Shown piece by piece: positions 25,016 through 38,400 of a stretch of 64,000 nucleotides of DNA. Position 1 is the stretch's first letter. Each line of letters begins with the position of its first letter. The translations under genes and the position numbers were made by a program. The notes below the pieces were generated by a model. The model was not told the origin of the DNA, did no database searches, and saw only the letters and a list, made by a program, of their open reading frames with translations. The stretch comes from Heptranchias perlo (lineage: Eukaryota): contig NC_090349.1 of NCBI RefSeq assembly GCF_035084215.1, forward strand, positions 35,278,001 through 35,342,000, written 5' to 3'.

Positions 25016-28000
25016 ATGTGTTTGTGAAAAAATCTGTAGCAACTTGCTGATTGAAGGAAGCTCAATGTGTTGACAAGCAGTGTCAATATCAAGGCTCTTG
25101 CAATTGCAAAACACATCTGTCTTTCTCTGCATGTTGTGGATTATTTTGTATTTGTGGGTATTGTATCAGCCTAAAATATTTTAAAAGACTTAAGGAAATA
25201 ATTTTTACGAGTCTTCTGGGATTTTCTTTTTTTAAAAAAGAGATTCTTTAAACGATTGGAATTTAAGCAGATCCCAGTCTTTGAAGAGGTCAAGATTCTT
25301 ACAGTTTAGGAAAGTAGCTGAGACATATGGCAGCCAAAATAGTAGTGTCGTTTTAAGTCAGCTCTTCCAAGCAACAAGCTTGTCCAAAAGTTCCAAATCA
25401 GGCAGCAACATACTTCTGAACACCAAATGGCCTTGGGGTATTTAAGTATGACTGGGGACGGTGATCTGACTGTAAACCGAATCAAAGAAGAGGACAGTTT
25501 GAGGTTACACTTTGCCCATTACTGCTTCCTTTTCTCTTGTGCTCTTCTCAGTCACAGCAACTCTCTCAGCTGTAGAATGGTGGAAAAAAAACTAGACCGA
25601 CCACAAAGCAGATCCCATCAGACAAACTTCACTGCAACCCATGTAACCGTTATACTTTCTGCACCTGGGTCACTGCAGTTTGGTCTGTAGCACAGATAGC
25701 CTTGCACTGACATGACAACCAAATCTGTGCCCCTCCCCCCAAAAGCAGTAATGTTTTCATCATAAAAACACAATCGTTGAAAAAGGTCTGTAAAGCACAA
25801 AATATCAGTTTCCACTTGGTTGCTTCGCATGCTGCTGGGACAGACACAATACTTATCACTTTAACAGTGTGGTCTTTGTGAAATCAGAGTCTGATCCTTG
25901 GATTGAGGATCACCTGACATCCAATCCAATCAGGATTTCTTAATATCCAATTCCACCAGTATAATTCCTGTTGTCTTAAGAAATTGAAACTCCCAAATTT
26001 ACACTCTTATCTCAATTTCCCCACAGACCAAGTCTATATAAGGAAAGTTTTTAAAAAATGTTATACAACCTACACTCCTATTTATACACAAGATAAATTT
26101 TCTTGGAAAACTGATACATTGCTTGAATATTTCTTCCAGCTCCTCTCTTGAATGCACTGAATCATGATAAAATATGCTTCCACTGGCACCAACAACCCTC
26201 CAGTACCTCCAAGTGTCCATTCTTCATGTAGGAATTTATAGAGTGAGTACTGGCAGGCTTATAGAGTGTTAGAGCTGGTCATCACCTGACACACACTTTC
26301 AGCAAGAGTCACTAGATATTGATCAGCGGGTGGGGGAAGAGTCTTGACTGTTTTTTCCCAACCTAGCCCAAGACATGGAGGCCAACTGTAGGCCCCCTAT
26401 CTCTGCCCTTGTAGAGATCAACAAACAGCACAAACCAGGGATCAAACATAGGACCTTCCTCCATGCCACACCACATGGTTACTTTACCCACTGAGCTATC
26501 GCAAAAAAGGAGTAATTCTAAACAAAAGGAAACGTCTCTGACTGGGTTCCTGAAGCCAGCAGTTCTGTGGAACGTGACATCCATCCATTTAGACTGGGAG
26601 CTGGCCTCTATAAGTCTGGTGGGAGACTAAAGAGCAAATTATGGGACCAGTTGCCTGCATCTACGTTACTAAAGCCAATTTTGTGGATCTATGATGCTGT
26701 CAGGATAAAGAAGCTGGAATTTTTACGCCATAGGTTGCAGGTGACAAAAGTAGACCTACATATTCGCAGTAACTTGCATTCTATAGTATAAAAGTTCTTT
26801 CAGACACAAGTGTACAGATATTTTCCATTAGAACATTTACGATACTGCGATATTCCATACATGTCCCTTTTAAAGAATGTGGGACAATGGTGATCGTCTG
26901 TTTTTCTGTATAATGAACAGAGCCAAATATTTAGTGACCAAATAAGTCAAATTTTGCTTTTATTACATGGGATTCTGTGATTGTTACTGATGTTTTGGTT
27001 GAATTCCATGATCCCTTCCATTTTTCAGTAAAAACCATAACCTTGATTATGAATATTTCCAGTTACCATTACCAAAACCTGCTCTCCTACTCAGAAAAAG
27101 GCTACACAATTTCATAACATCATTGTAGTTATATTATCTTGTGCCAAATGTGTTTATAGTAAATTATGTACAGAAAATATTCGACTGATTTAGTTAGACA
27201 AGTATTGGTATCCCAGTTACCCAAGGCACATACTAAAACACATATTACTAAAAGCTACCAGTCCTTTTGAAGGCTGTTATATAATTACTGGACCAAATCT
27301 ATCCATCTATTAAAACATTTTGTGTTATTAAAACATTATATCTGTCAATTTGATCAAGTTCAATTGATCTTCTGATAGTCTTTCATTGACAGGACTGTCA
27401 ACCAGTGAAGAGAGAGATGTGACAAGAGCCCAGACAGCTAAGACTTTTCACAAACCACAAACAAATGATAATGGTCAGAGCTACTACCAAAAAGGTTTTC
27501 AGCAACTGCTTTTTACACCCCAGATAGGGGCCACAGTGAAGAACAGATGTTAAGAATTAGTTATCACATTCTAATACAGCGTATTGCCACAAACAGCAGG
27601 AGACCCATAGGTGTTTTTTTAAAAAGGGTCAAAAACATCTTTTATATCTGCCTTTATATTTTTTTCTCCTTTTTCTGATTCTTTTCGATAGTGGAGGTGT
27701 CGCAGTTGCTAGAGGTTACTCATTTCTGATTTTCCCTTTGCACCTCCATCTTACGAAAATGCAATGTATCCCCTCCCCTTACATGCTCTGCTCAATACTA
27801 TGTGGAACTTTGAGTTTCCCAAATACTTAATGGGCAAATGCACTGTCTGGTGTGGTACCAACTCATACAAACCAAGGAGGCTCCTGGTTCAATTCCTGAT
27901 CTGTACTCAGTTAAGTGATCTCAGCTGAGATAGCAAGTGTGGTGCTACAACTGGCCTTACCACCCCAGGGCTGAAAAGGTTAATAAAATCAGCCCAGATT

Positions 28001-29226
28001 TCTACCCCCGATTGTAGTCCAGTAATTCCAGCTGGGAAGTGTGCAGTGTCCTTCATGGTAAAGTGGCCTGCAAATATTCAATGTCTAGAATAGCAACATG
28101 GGAGAGGTAACAGAGGTGAAATCTAGGACCGTCCTCATATTTCTTTCTAAAATAAATTCCTCAATTTACCATCAAATTTCAATTGTAGGATCAAAGGTCA
28201 GTTCTCCATGCGGCAGGTTGGATATTCACCTGATAGCAGATGAATATGAATGACAGTCCTGGCTTGGATTTGACCAACTCTCTTCCTTTATAGTTACTGG
28301 ATTGCACTATGCTCCACCATTTATTTACAGTGGGTTCTCAAAGCTTCATAAAAGCTCATAAACAGGCTGAGTGATATTGCCCCTCCCCCACTCCCTAAGG
28401 TTTACCACATGGAAAATTTACTTCCAGAGCTTCAGCACAACCTGATAGACTTTCCTCAGAGGGCAGGGACTATCAGCTGGGGAAAAAAAACAACAACCTG
28501 CAGAACTCAAGCAGAATCAAAGCACAAATCCAATCATCGTATAATTTAGCATCAGTGAAATTAAAACTTAACCTCAGGCTCTAGGACACCTGATGTAGAA
28601 TCAGTATGGGTGGAGGTAAGAAATAACAAGGAGCTGAAAACACTGGTGGGAGTAGTTTATAGGCTCCCTAGTAGTTATTTCTTGAATGATACTCTGTCCA
28701 ACAGTATAAGAGCAACTTGTAACAAAGGTAATGCAGTTATCGTGGGGGACTTTAACCTTCATATTGACTGAGCAAATCAAATTGGCAAAAGTAGTTTGGA
28801 GGACGAGTTCATGGAATGCATTCGAAACAGTTTCCTAGAACAATACATCATGGAACCAAGCAGGGAACAGGCTATTTTAGATCTTGTTTTGTGCAAGAGG
28901 CAGGGTTAATTAAGAATCTCATAGTAAGGGATCCTCTGGGGAAGAGTGATCATAATATGATAGAATTTCACATTGAGTTCGAGAGTGATGTACTTAAGTC
29001 CGAAACTAGAGTCTTAAACTTAAACAAAATCAATTACATAGGTATGAGGGGCGAATTGGCTACGGTTGATTGTGAAATTAGATTAAAAGATATGATGGTA
29101 GATAAGCAATGGCAAACATTTAAAGAAACATTTCATAATTCTCAACGAACATACATTCCATCGAGAAATAAAAACTCCACGGGAAAGTGATCCATCCATG
29201 GCTAACTAAAGAAGGATAGTATTAGG

Positions 29227-32200
29227 GTACGGTACGGTGGCATATTGGTTATGTTACTGGACTAGTAATCCGGAATCATGAGTTCAAATCCCGCCATGGC
29301 AGCTGGGGAATTTAAATTCAATTAATTAAATAAAATCTGGAATTAAAATACTCGTATCAGTAATGGTGGCCATGAATGTACCGGATTGTCGTAAAAACCC
29401 ATCTGGTTCACTAATGCCCTTTAGGGAAGGAAACCTGCCTTCCTTACCCGGTCTGGCCTATATGTGACTCCAGACCCACAGCAATGTCGTTGATTCTTAA
29501 TTGCCCTCTGAAATGGCCTAGCAGGCCACTCAGTTATAAAATCTCGCTAAAAAAAGTTACAATAAGAATAAAACCGAACGGACCACCCGGCATCAGAACA
29601 CTAGGCACCGGACACGACAAAGGCAAACCAAGCCCAGTCGACCCTGCAAAGTCCTCCTCACCAACATCTGGGGACTTGTGCCAAAATTGGGAGAGCTGTC
29701 CCACAGACTAGTCAAGCAACAGCCTGACATAGCCATACTCACAGAATCATACCTTTCAGCCAACATCCCAGACTCTTCCATCACCATCCCTGGGTATGTC
29801 CTGTCCCACCAGCAGGACAGACCTACCAGAGGTGGCAGTGCAGTGATATACAGTCAGGAGGGAGTGGCCCTGGGAGTCCTCAACACTGACTCCAGACCCC
29901 ATGAAATCTCATGGCATCAGGTCAAACATGGGCAAGGAAACCTCCTGCTGATTACCACCTACCGCCCTCCCTCAGCTGATGAATCAGTCTTCCTCCATGT
30001 TGAGCACCACTTGGAGGAAGCACTGAGGATAGCAAGGGCACAGAATGTACTCTGGGTGGGAGACTTCAATGCCCATCACCAAGAGTGGCTCCGTAGCACC
30101 ACGACTGACCGAGCTGGCCGAGTCCTGAAGGACATAGCTGCCAGACTGGGCCTGTGGCAGGTGGTGAGCGAACCAACACGAGGGAAAAACTTACTTGACC
30201 TCGTCCTCACCAATCTACCTGTCACAAATGCATCTGTCCATGACAGTATTGGTAGGAGTGACCACTGCACAGTCCTCGTGGAGACGAAGTCCCATCTTCC
30301 CACTGAAGACACCATCCAACGTGTTGTGTGGCACTTCCACCATGCTAAATGGGACAGATTCAGAACAGATCTAGCAGCTCAAAACTGGGCATCCATGAGG
30401 CGCTGTGGGCCATCAGCAGCAGCAGAATTGTATTCCAGCACAATCTGTAACCTCATGGCCCGGCATATTCCTCACTCTACCATTACCAACAAGCCAGGGG
30501 ATCAACCTTGGTTCAATGAGGAGTGTAGAAGGGTATGCCAGGCGTACCTAAAAATGAGGTGCCAACCTGGTGAAGCTACAACACAGGACTACATACATGC
30601 TAAACAGTGGAAGCAGCATGCTATAGATAGAGCTAAGCAATTCCACAACCAACGGATCAGATCAAAGCTCTGCAGTCCTGCCACATCCAGTCGTGAATGG
30701 TGGTGGACAATTAAACAACTAATGGGAGGAGGAGGCTCTGCAAACATCCCCATCCTCAATGATGGCAGAGTCCAGCACGTGAGTGCAAAAGACAAGGCTG
30801 AAGCATTTGCAACCATCTTCAGCCAGAAATGCCGAGTCGATGATCCATCTCGGCCTCCTCCCGATATCCCCACCATCACAGAAGCCAGTCTTCAGCCAAT
30901 TCGATTCACTCCACGTGATATCAAGAAACGGCTGAGTGCACTGGATACAGCAAAGGCCATGGGCCCCGACAACATCCGGGCTGTAGTGCTGAAGACTTGT
31001 GCTCCAGAACTAGATGCACCTCGAGCCAAGCTGTTCCAGTACAGCTACAACACTGGCATCTACCCGACAATGTGGAAAATTGCCCAGGTATGTCCTGTCC
31101 ACAAAAAGCAGGACAAATCCAATCCGGCCAATTACCGCCCCATCAGTCCACTCTCAATCATCAGCAAAGTGATGGAAGGTGTCGTCGACAGTGCTATCAA
31201 GCGGCACTTACTCACCAATAACCTGCTCACCGATGCTCGGTTTGGGTTCCGCCAGGACCACTCGGCTCCAGACCTCCAGACTTGGTCCAAACATGGACAA
31301 AAGAGCTGAATTCCAGAGGTGAGGTGAGAGTGACTGCCCTTGACATCAAGGCAGCATTTGACCGAGTGTGGCACCAAGGAGCCCTAGTAAAATTGAAGTC
31401 AATGGGAATCATGGGGAAAACTCTCCAGTGGCTGGAGTCATATCTAGCTCAAAGGAAGATGGTAGTGGTTGTTGGAGGCCAATCATCTCAGCCCCAGGGC
31501 ATTGCTGCAGGAGTTCCTTAGGGCACTGTCCTAGGCCCAACCATCTTCAGCGGCTTCATCAATGACCTTCCCTCCATCATAAGGTCAGAAATGGGGATGT
31601 TCGCTGATGATTGCACAGTGTTCAGTTCCATTCGCAAATAATGAAGCAGTCCGAGCCCGCATGCAGCAAGACCTGGACAACATCCAGGATTGGGCTGATA
31701 AGTGGCAAGTAACATTCGCGCCAGACAAGTGCCAGGCAATGACCATCTCCAACAAGAGAGAGTCTAACCACCTCCCCTTGACGTTCAACGGCATTACCAT
31801 CGACAAATCCCCCACCATCAACATCCTGGGGGTCACCATTGACCAGAAACTTAACTGGACCAGCCACATAAATACTGTGGCTACAAGAGCAGGTCAGAGG
31901 CTGGGTGTTCTGCAGCGAGTGACTCACCTCCTGACTCCCCAAAGCCTTTCCACCATCTACAAGGCACAAGTCAGGAGTGTGGTGGAATACTCTTCATTTG
32001 CCTGGATGAGTGCAGCTCCAACAACACTCAAGAAGCTCGACACCATTCAGGACAAAGCAGCCCGCTTGATCGGCACCCCATCCACCACCCTTCACCACCA
32101 GCGCACAGTGGCTGCAGTGTGTACCATCCAAAGGATGCACTGCAGCAACTCGCTAAGGCACCTCCCAAACCCGCGACCTCTACCACCTAGAAAGACAAGA

Positions 32201-32523
32201 GCAGCAGGTACATGGGAACAACACCGCCTGCACGTTCTGGAAGGGAGTTCCAGGATTTTGACCCAGCGACGATAAAAGAACGGCGATATGTTTCCAAGTC
32301 ACACACCATCCCGACTTGGAAACATATCGCCGTTCTTTTATCGTCGCTGGGTCAAAATCCTGGAACTCCCTTCCTAACAGCACTGTGGGAGAACCTTCAC
32401 CACACGGACTGCAGCGATTCAAGAAGGCGGCTCACCACCACCTTCTCAAGGGCAATTAGGGATGGGCAATAAATGCTGGCCTCGCCAGCGATGCCCACAT
32501 CCCATGAACGAATAAAAAAAAAA
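29227..32523 (+). mobile_element. SINE-headed single-ORF LINE (HE1 head + HER1-like APE-EN/RT ORF + shared 3' tail + polyA)
   Basis: TSD ATTAGG (29221-29226, 32524-32529). A box TGGCATATTGG 29238-29248 and B box GTTCAAATCC 29282-29291. EN motifs LTNIWGL, LTESYL, TYRPP, VGDFN, LDLVL, SDH; RT motifs NYRPIS, DIKAAFDRV, FADD; polyA end. Confidence 0.92.
29648..32240 (+). pseudogene. disrupted ORF2 (APE endonuclease + reverse transcriptase) of the SINE-headed LINE
   Basis: Open from KVLLTNIWGL to 31309. Frameshift near 31275, TAG at 31519-31521, further indels downstream. Confidence 0.88.
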
Positions 32524-35446
32524 ATTAGGTTAAAAGAAGAGGCTTATAATAAGAATAGTAAGTCTGAGGATTGGGAGAGTTTCAAAAACCAACAAACCAT
32601 GACTAAAAAATTGATAAAGAGGGAGAAAATAGAATGAGAGTAAACTAGCAAGAAATATAAAAATACATTGTAAGAGCTTCTACAAGTATATAAAAAGGAA
32701 GAGAATAGTGGAAGTAAACAAATGTGGGTCCCTTCGAGGCTGAGACAGTATAAATTATAATGGGGGAATAAGGAAATGGCAGAGACGTTGAACAGATATT
32801 TTGTGTCTGTCTTCACAGTAGAAGGTACAAAGAAAATACGAGAAATAGTGGGGAACCAAGGGTCTAATGAGAGTGAAGAACTTAAAGAAATAAATATTAG
32901 TAAAGAAATTAAAGGGACCAAAAGCCAACAAATCCCCAACACCTGACGGCCTACATCCTAGGGTTCTAAAAGAGGAGGCTGTAGAGATAGTGGAAGCATT
33001 GGTTGTGAACTTCCAAAATTTCCTACATTCTAGAACAGTCCCAGTGGACTGGAAGTTAGCAAATGTAACACCGCTATTCAAGAAAGGAGGGAGAGAGAAA
33101 ACAGGGAACTACAGGCCAGTTAGCCTGACATCAGTAGTAAGAAAAATGCTAGAACCTATTATTAAGGACGTGGTAACAGGCCACTTAGAAAATCATAATA
33201 TGATTAGACAGAGTCAACATGGTTTTATGAAAGGGAAATAATGTGTGACAAACCTATTAAGAGTTTTTTGAGGATGTAACTAGCAGGGTAGAAAAAGGGG
33301 AACCAGTGGATGTAGTATATTTGGATTTTCAAAAGGCATTCGATAAGGTGCCACACAAAAGTTTACTACACAAGATAAGGGCGCATGGGGTTGGGGGTAA
33401 TATATTAGCATGGATAAAGGATTGGTTAACAGTCAGAAAACAGAGAGTAGGAATAAACGGGTCATTTTCAGGTTGGCAGGCTGTAACTGGTGGGGTGCCG
33501 CAAGGATCGGTGCTGGGGCCTCAGCTATTTTACAATCTACATTAATGACTTACACGAAGGGACCGAGTGTAATGAATCCAAGTTTGCTGATGATACAAAG
33601 CTAGGTGGGAAAGTAAGCTGTGAGGAGGACACAAAGAGTCTGCAAAGGGATATAGATAGGTTAAGTGAGTGGGCAAGAAGGTGGCAGATGGAGTACAATG
33701 TGGGGAAATGTGAGGTTATTCACTTTGGTAGGAAGAATAGAAAAACAGAATATTTTTTAAATGGTAGGAAACTATTAAATGTTGGTGTTCAGAGGGAATT
33801 GGATGTCCTTGTTCATGAAATACAGAAAGTTAACATGCAGGTACAGCAAGCAATTAGGAAGGCAAATGGTATGTTGGCCTTTATTGCAAGGGGGATGGAG
33901 TACAAGAGTAAGGTAGTCTTGCTGCAATTGTACGGGGCTTTGGTGAGACCACACCTGGAGTACAGTTTTGGTCTCCTTACCTAAGGAAAGATATACTTGC
34001 CTTAAGGTGGTGCAACAAAGGTTCACTAGATTGATTTCTGGGATGAAAGGGTTGTCTTATGAGGAGAGATTGAGTAGAATGGGCCTATACTCTCTGGGGT
34101 TTAGAAGAATGAGAGGTGATCTCATTGAAACATATAAGACTCTGAGAGGGCTTGACAGGGTATATGCTGAGAGGCTGTTTCCCCTGGCTGGAGAGTCTAG
34201 AACTAGGGAGCAGTCTCAGGATAAGGGGTCAGCCATTTAGGACTGAGATGAGGAGAAATTTCTTCACTCAGAGGGTTGTGAATCTTTGGAATTCTCTACC
34301 CCAGAGGGCTGTGGATGCTCAGTCGTCGAGTATATTCAAGACTGAGATTGATAGATTTTTGGACTTTAAGGGAATCAAGGGATATGGGGATCGGGCAGGA
34401 AAGTGGAGTTGAGGTCGAAGGTCAGCCATGATCTTATTGAATGGCGGAGCAGGCTCGAGGGGCTATATGGCCTATTCCTACTCCTTATGTTCTTACGTAC
34501 ATTGCCCTGGAGGAAGTAGCAAATTCTTATTTGTAAGTAATACCATGGTTCCACACAACAGGAAGAGCTGGAAACAGCTCTTAGGCCTCCACAAAAGCCA
34601 AACTATAGCCAGCTGCTGAAAGGTATGAAAAATGGTTTGAGATGGCTGGCTCTCCAATTTTCCTTCCCTCTACATGGGGAGCAGATGATCGCCACAAAGC
34701 CTTTGGTAGCATGGCTAAGATGAGGAAATCATGGTGTACAAAATAGGTTTATATCTGCCATTCCCTCCCATTTTGTGTACAGCATGTTGAAATTCAAATA
34801 TGCTGTGAAACTGCATTTGTTTCATTCAGCAAAAGGCTTCCTTCAGTGTTCTCCACATTCCCTTGTTCTCTTCGAGACATGTGCAAATCATGGCTAACAG
34901 GGTCTATGAATTGCCCAGTCCCTGGGTCTGGCTGTTTTTCAGTGAAACTAGCCAGAAGGCGTCTGGTACACTCCCAGTGGGGAAGTGCCTGGCTCCCACT
35001 TACTATTGTCAACAACATACAGCAGCTTAACCATTGTAAATACATCCCGAGGTGTTTCAAAAAGTGGGGGTCAGACCCAAGCAGGAGTAGAAAGAGTTAG
35101 CAGAGGTGGCTGAAGGTATGGTCAGAAATCAGCGACTCAGCAGTGTGAGGGATGTGTAAATCCACATCTACAATATTATACTGATCATTGGTGTGGTAAC
35201 ATACTGTGGCACTGTGCTTCTATCATCCTATTCCACCATATTTCTAATTCTTTGTGCTTGACACTTACACCTGCTCCATCCAATCCCATTTAAAGCTGCA
35301 TCACTAAGATTTTGCAGAATTGCATCTGCCCTGACATATAGGGCATAGCTAAAGATTGTTACCGCCATTCTGGCAGCAGCCATAACAAAAATATTCACAT
35401 TCTTCGAGTGGAAGTTAATTTTAATTAATTGATGTGCATCTGCGTA

Positions 35447-35492
35447 TCTCTCTCTCTCTCTCTCTCTCACTCACTCACACACACACACACAC
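35447..35492. repeat. compound (CT)n(CA)n microsatellite
   Basis: Visible directly. Confidence 0.9.
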
Positions 35493-38400
35493 AACCCAGT
35501 GGCTAAAGACAATGAAATAAGAGCAAGACAAGTCTGTGATAATACTTGAGTGACCTTAAATGCCAATAGAACTCCTGTAAGTGTGTTATGGCCTATGTTA
35601 CACAATGCGCTATTCTGTGAAAGTTTACAAGTTTGATCATCTACCCGAGAGTCCGAAGGCAGCTGCTATAGTGTGTAGAGACTATTACATTATCATTTGG
35701 CAGCGAAGTGGTAGTGAGGGACACAGGTTCAATCCCCATTGCCAATTAATTCACAATCTCAGCTGTGCTGATGTGGGAGGTGCTGAGAGAAGCCAGATGC
35801 TTCCCAGTAGGGGAGAAGAGAGAAACCTGAGGACAGTTGTTTCTAGGCCACTGCTGTGTGTCCCACTCCAGTCCCTCTGTCTGGCTCATAAGTGGTATGG
35901 ACAAAGTAGTGGGAGCAAGTCCTATTGGCCAGGAATGTGCACAGTGAACACATAAAACTAACATTATTGTATAACGCTAGTGGTGAATTAGGCTGGTGAT
36001 GTAAATGTTGTCTCCTGATCAATACGCTTTCAGGTTTTGTCACAAAGTTTTATCCTAAGCCATGTGGCACTACTTCTTCGAGCATTGAAAATCCTCCACA
36101 ATGGAGAAGCAAATTACCAAACATCATTGCAATGGCAAGAAAACAAATTTTAAAGAAAAATCACTATGTTAAAAGGAATCATTCAGTGAATTTAAAATTG
36201 TACTCCAATTTCAGGGTACTAACAGCCTGAACCACTGAAGTTTTGTTCTTGAGCTTTATGACATTGCTTCAACCTTCAACTGAATGTCCATCTTTCAATT
36301 TTTTTTTTCGTTAATCAACTGTTGATTAGTACTCAATGAACTTGCAGTAAAATTATATCACTGTTGTTAACCCCACAGGTAAAGATAGCTGTGTGGGGAT
36401 AGGATGATGGTACAGAGTAGGGAAAATCAGAGAAGAAAAAAGGAAGAAAATATAAAATAACCCACAAAGCAAAAGATATATTGTTGTAACCATTGCAAAT
36501 GTTATTGACACCACAATGCTTGTTTTAAAAAATAAGTAAAAACTGACATTAAAAAGAAAAACTGAAAATGCTGTTTGTTGAAATAAAAACAGAAAATGCT
36601 GGAACTTTTCTCTTTCAGACATCGACAGGTGTATTTATAGCATCATCTCTTATTTCATCAGCCAGTATTCAGTTTTCCTTTTTGTTTTTCAAGCATCAGT
36701 TCAGAAACTATCACTATCAGAGTGGAGGAAAACATGATGATATCACTGCTTTTATACTAGGTTTAGGGGTGTCCTACTATCACCAGCTCATGACACTTGG
36801 GTCCCCTGCAACCAGCAGCAATGCCAAAATAAACCTGGGAAATATTTCATTAAGGCCAGCAACTACGTATCCACCAAGTTTACTTTGGAGTTGCCACCAG
36901 CTGCACAGGAAACATGTCAAGAGCTGACAGCAGTAGCATGCACTAAAGCCAATGTAAAAGCAGTTATAAATACAAAGAAGATCTAGTCACAATGGATCTT
37001 CAATTTTTTTTGGTCATTTTATATTTAATTGCCCAAAATTCATTGCTTGTAGGAGAACTATGAAATAATGTTAACCTGGTTTTTGTTATGATGGATATAT
37101 CACTAAGGCTTTGTGAAGTCTTGGGCTTCATTCATTTCAGTAAAATTGCAGAGACAAGACACGTCTACACAAGCAGAAATCAGAGCAGGACTCTGGGTGG
37201 GCAATTTTTACATAACTTCCAGCAGACATTGATAAAGGCCTAAGAGCAGGTTGCTCCATCCCTTCCCCCAGTCTCAGCTGAGCTAAGGTGTGCAACTCAG
37301 TTTCAAATTCTATTTTCTTTCTATAAAATTGCTAGGCTGGGGATATGAATCCTTTACCATCAACCTCACTGAGAGAAGTCACAGGATTTATACTATCACC
37401 TCTTACAGAGTGCTTGGGCTTGGGTTCATGCAAATCGCTACAGTGAGTTCCTAATTTCTGGCATGTCTTCGTGACTAGCAAAGGAAAGGGAATGGAGGAT
37501 CTTTTCCTGAAGGAGGTGGGATAAACAAGAGGACGAGTGCATTTATCCAAAGCTGTTAGGTGCAGAATAAAAATAAATTACACTAGCAAGACCTCTGTGT
37601 TGCTCCTTATGGGTAGTTCCTGGTCTCGAGCACGGTTGTAATGTTTAGTTGCTAACCTGACCTGCGCCTCCAAGGTCACTGCTCTAAATAGTCAAATGCA
37701 GGTAACAATTGTATCTATTTCAAATATTGTTTTCCATCTGTAACTAAGTATGACACTTTGGAATGTGACATCCAGTGACGGTTGCACACTAGATGCAAAA
37801 TATATACTGAATTTGTTTCATACACTGCACAGTATGGAGTATGCATGGTATGAAGAAGATACACGCATGGACTCACCGAGTGGTAGGACTGTCTGCCCAT
37901 CAGTCTAATCCTGAAACCTATGCCAGAGAGTTTGCTCAAAAGCCTGGATTGATCGAGAGTGCAGAATCTGCCCCTAGGTGTTTTTTCCAATTCTACCTCT
38001 GACCCCGAATGTAAAAATGGTCTATATATGACTACACTTCTAGGGTACGATTTCTAGCATTTGCCTCTGAAAGTACACAGAATTCTGCGACTGCTATTCC
38101 TGTAGTGGACAGATTATCAAACACACATATTTCATTTGATACATGTCTTAGAATTACCAATGTATTGCACAGGAACAAATCACACAGAGCTAGGTTCTAA
38201 AAAAGACATAGTCGGAGTAGCTATGTAAATAAAGTTATTTTCCTCTTATTTTTGTTTTGATAAGTGCAGATGTTAACCAGCAAAGGTTCTTTTTTAAAAA
38301 AAAACTTCAATAGACTTCAAACAGTCTTAGATCATAGATATCACCAAAGAACAGCCCTAGAAATGCAACACATTAAACAACATGCAACTAAAACCTCACA

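Larger units (their letters stand above)
28595..34497 (+). mobile_element. CR1-clade LINE (EN to 3' tail), split by the 29227-32523 insertion
   Basis: EN motifs VGDFN and DPLGKSDHNMIEF before 29226. After 32524: [38 protein letters not shown] and a (TATGTTCT)-type tail. Confidence 0.93.

Noticed and set aside
29232-29300. tRNA gene
   Set aside because: A and B boxes are present, but the sequence continues into a SINE body within a TSD-flanked retroelement and does not form a full cloverleaf.
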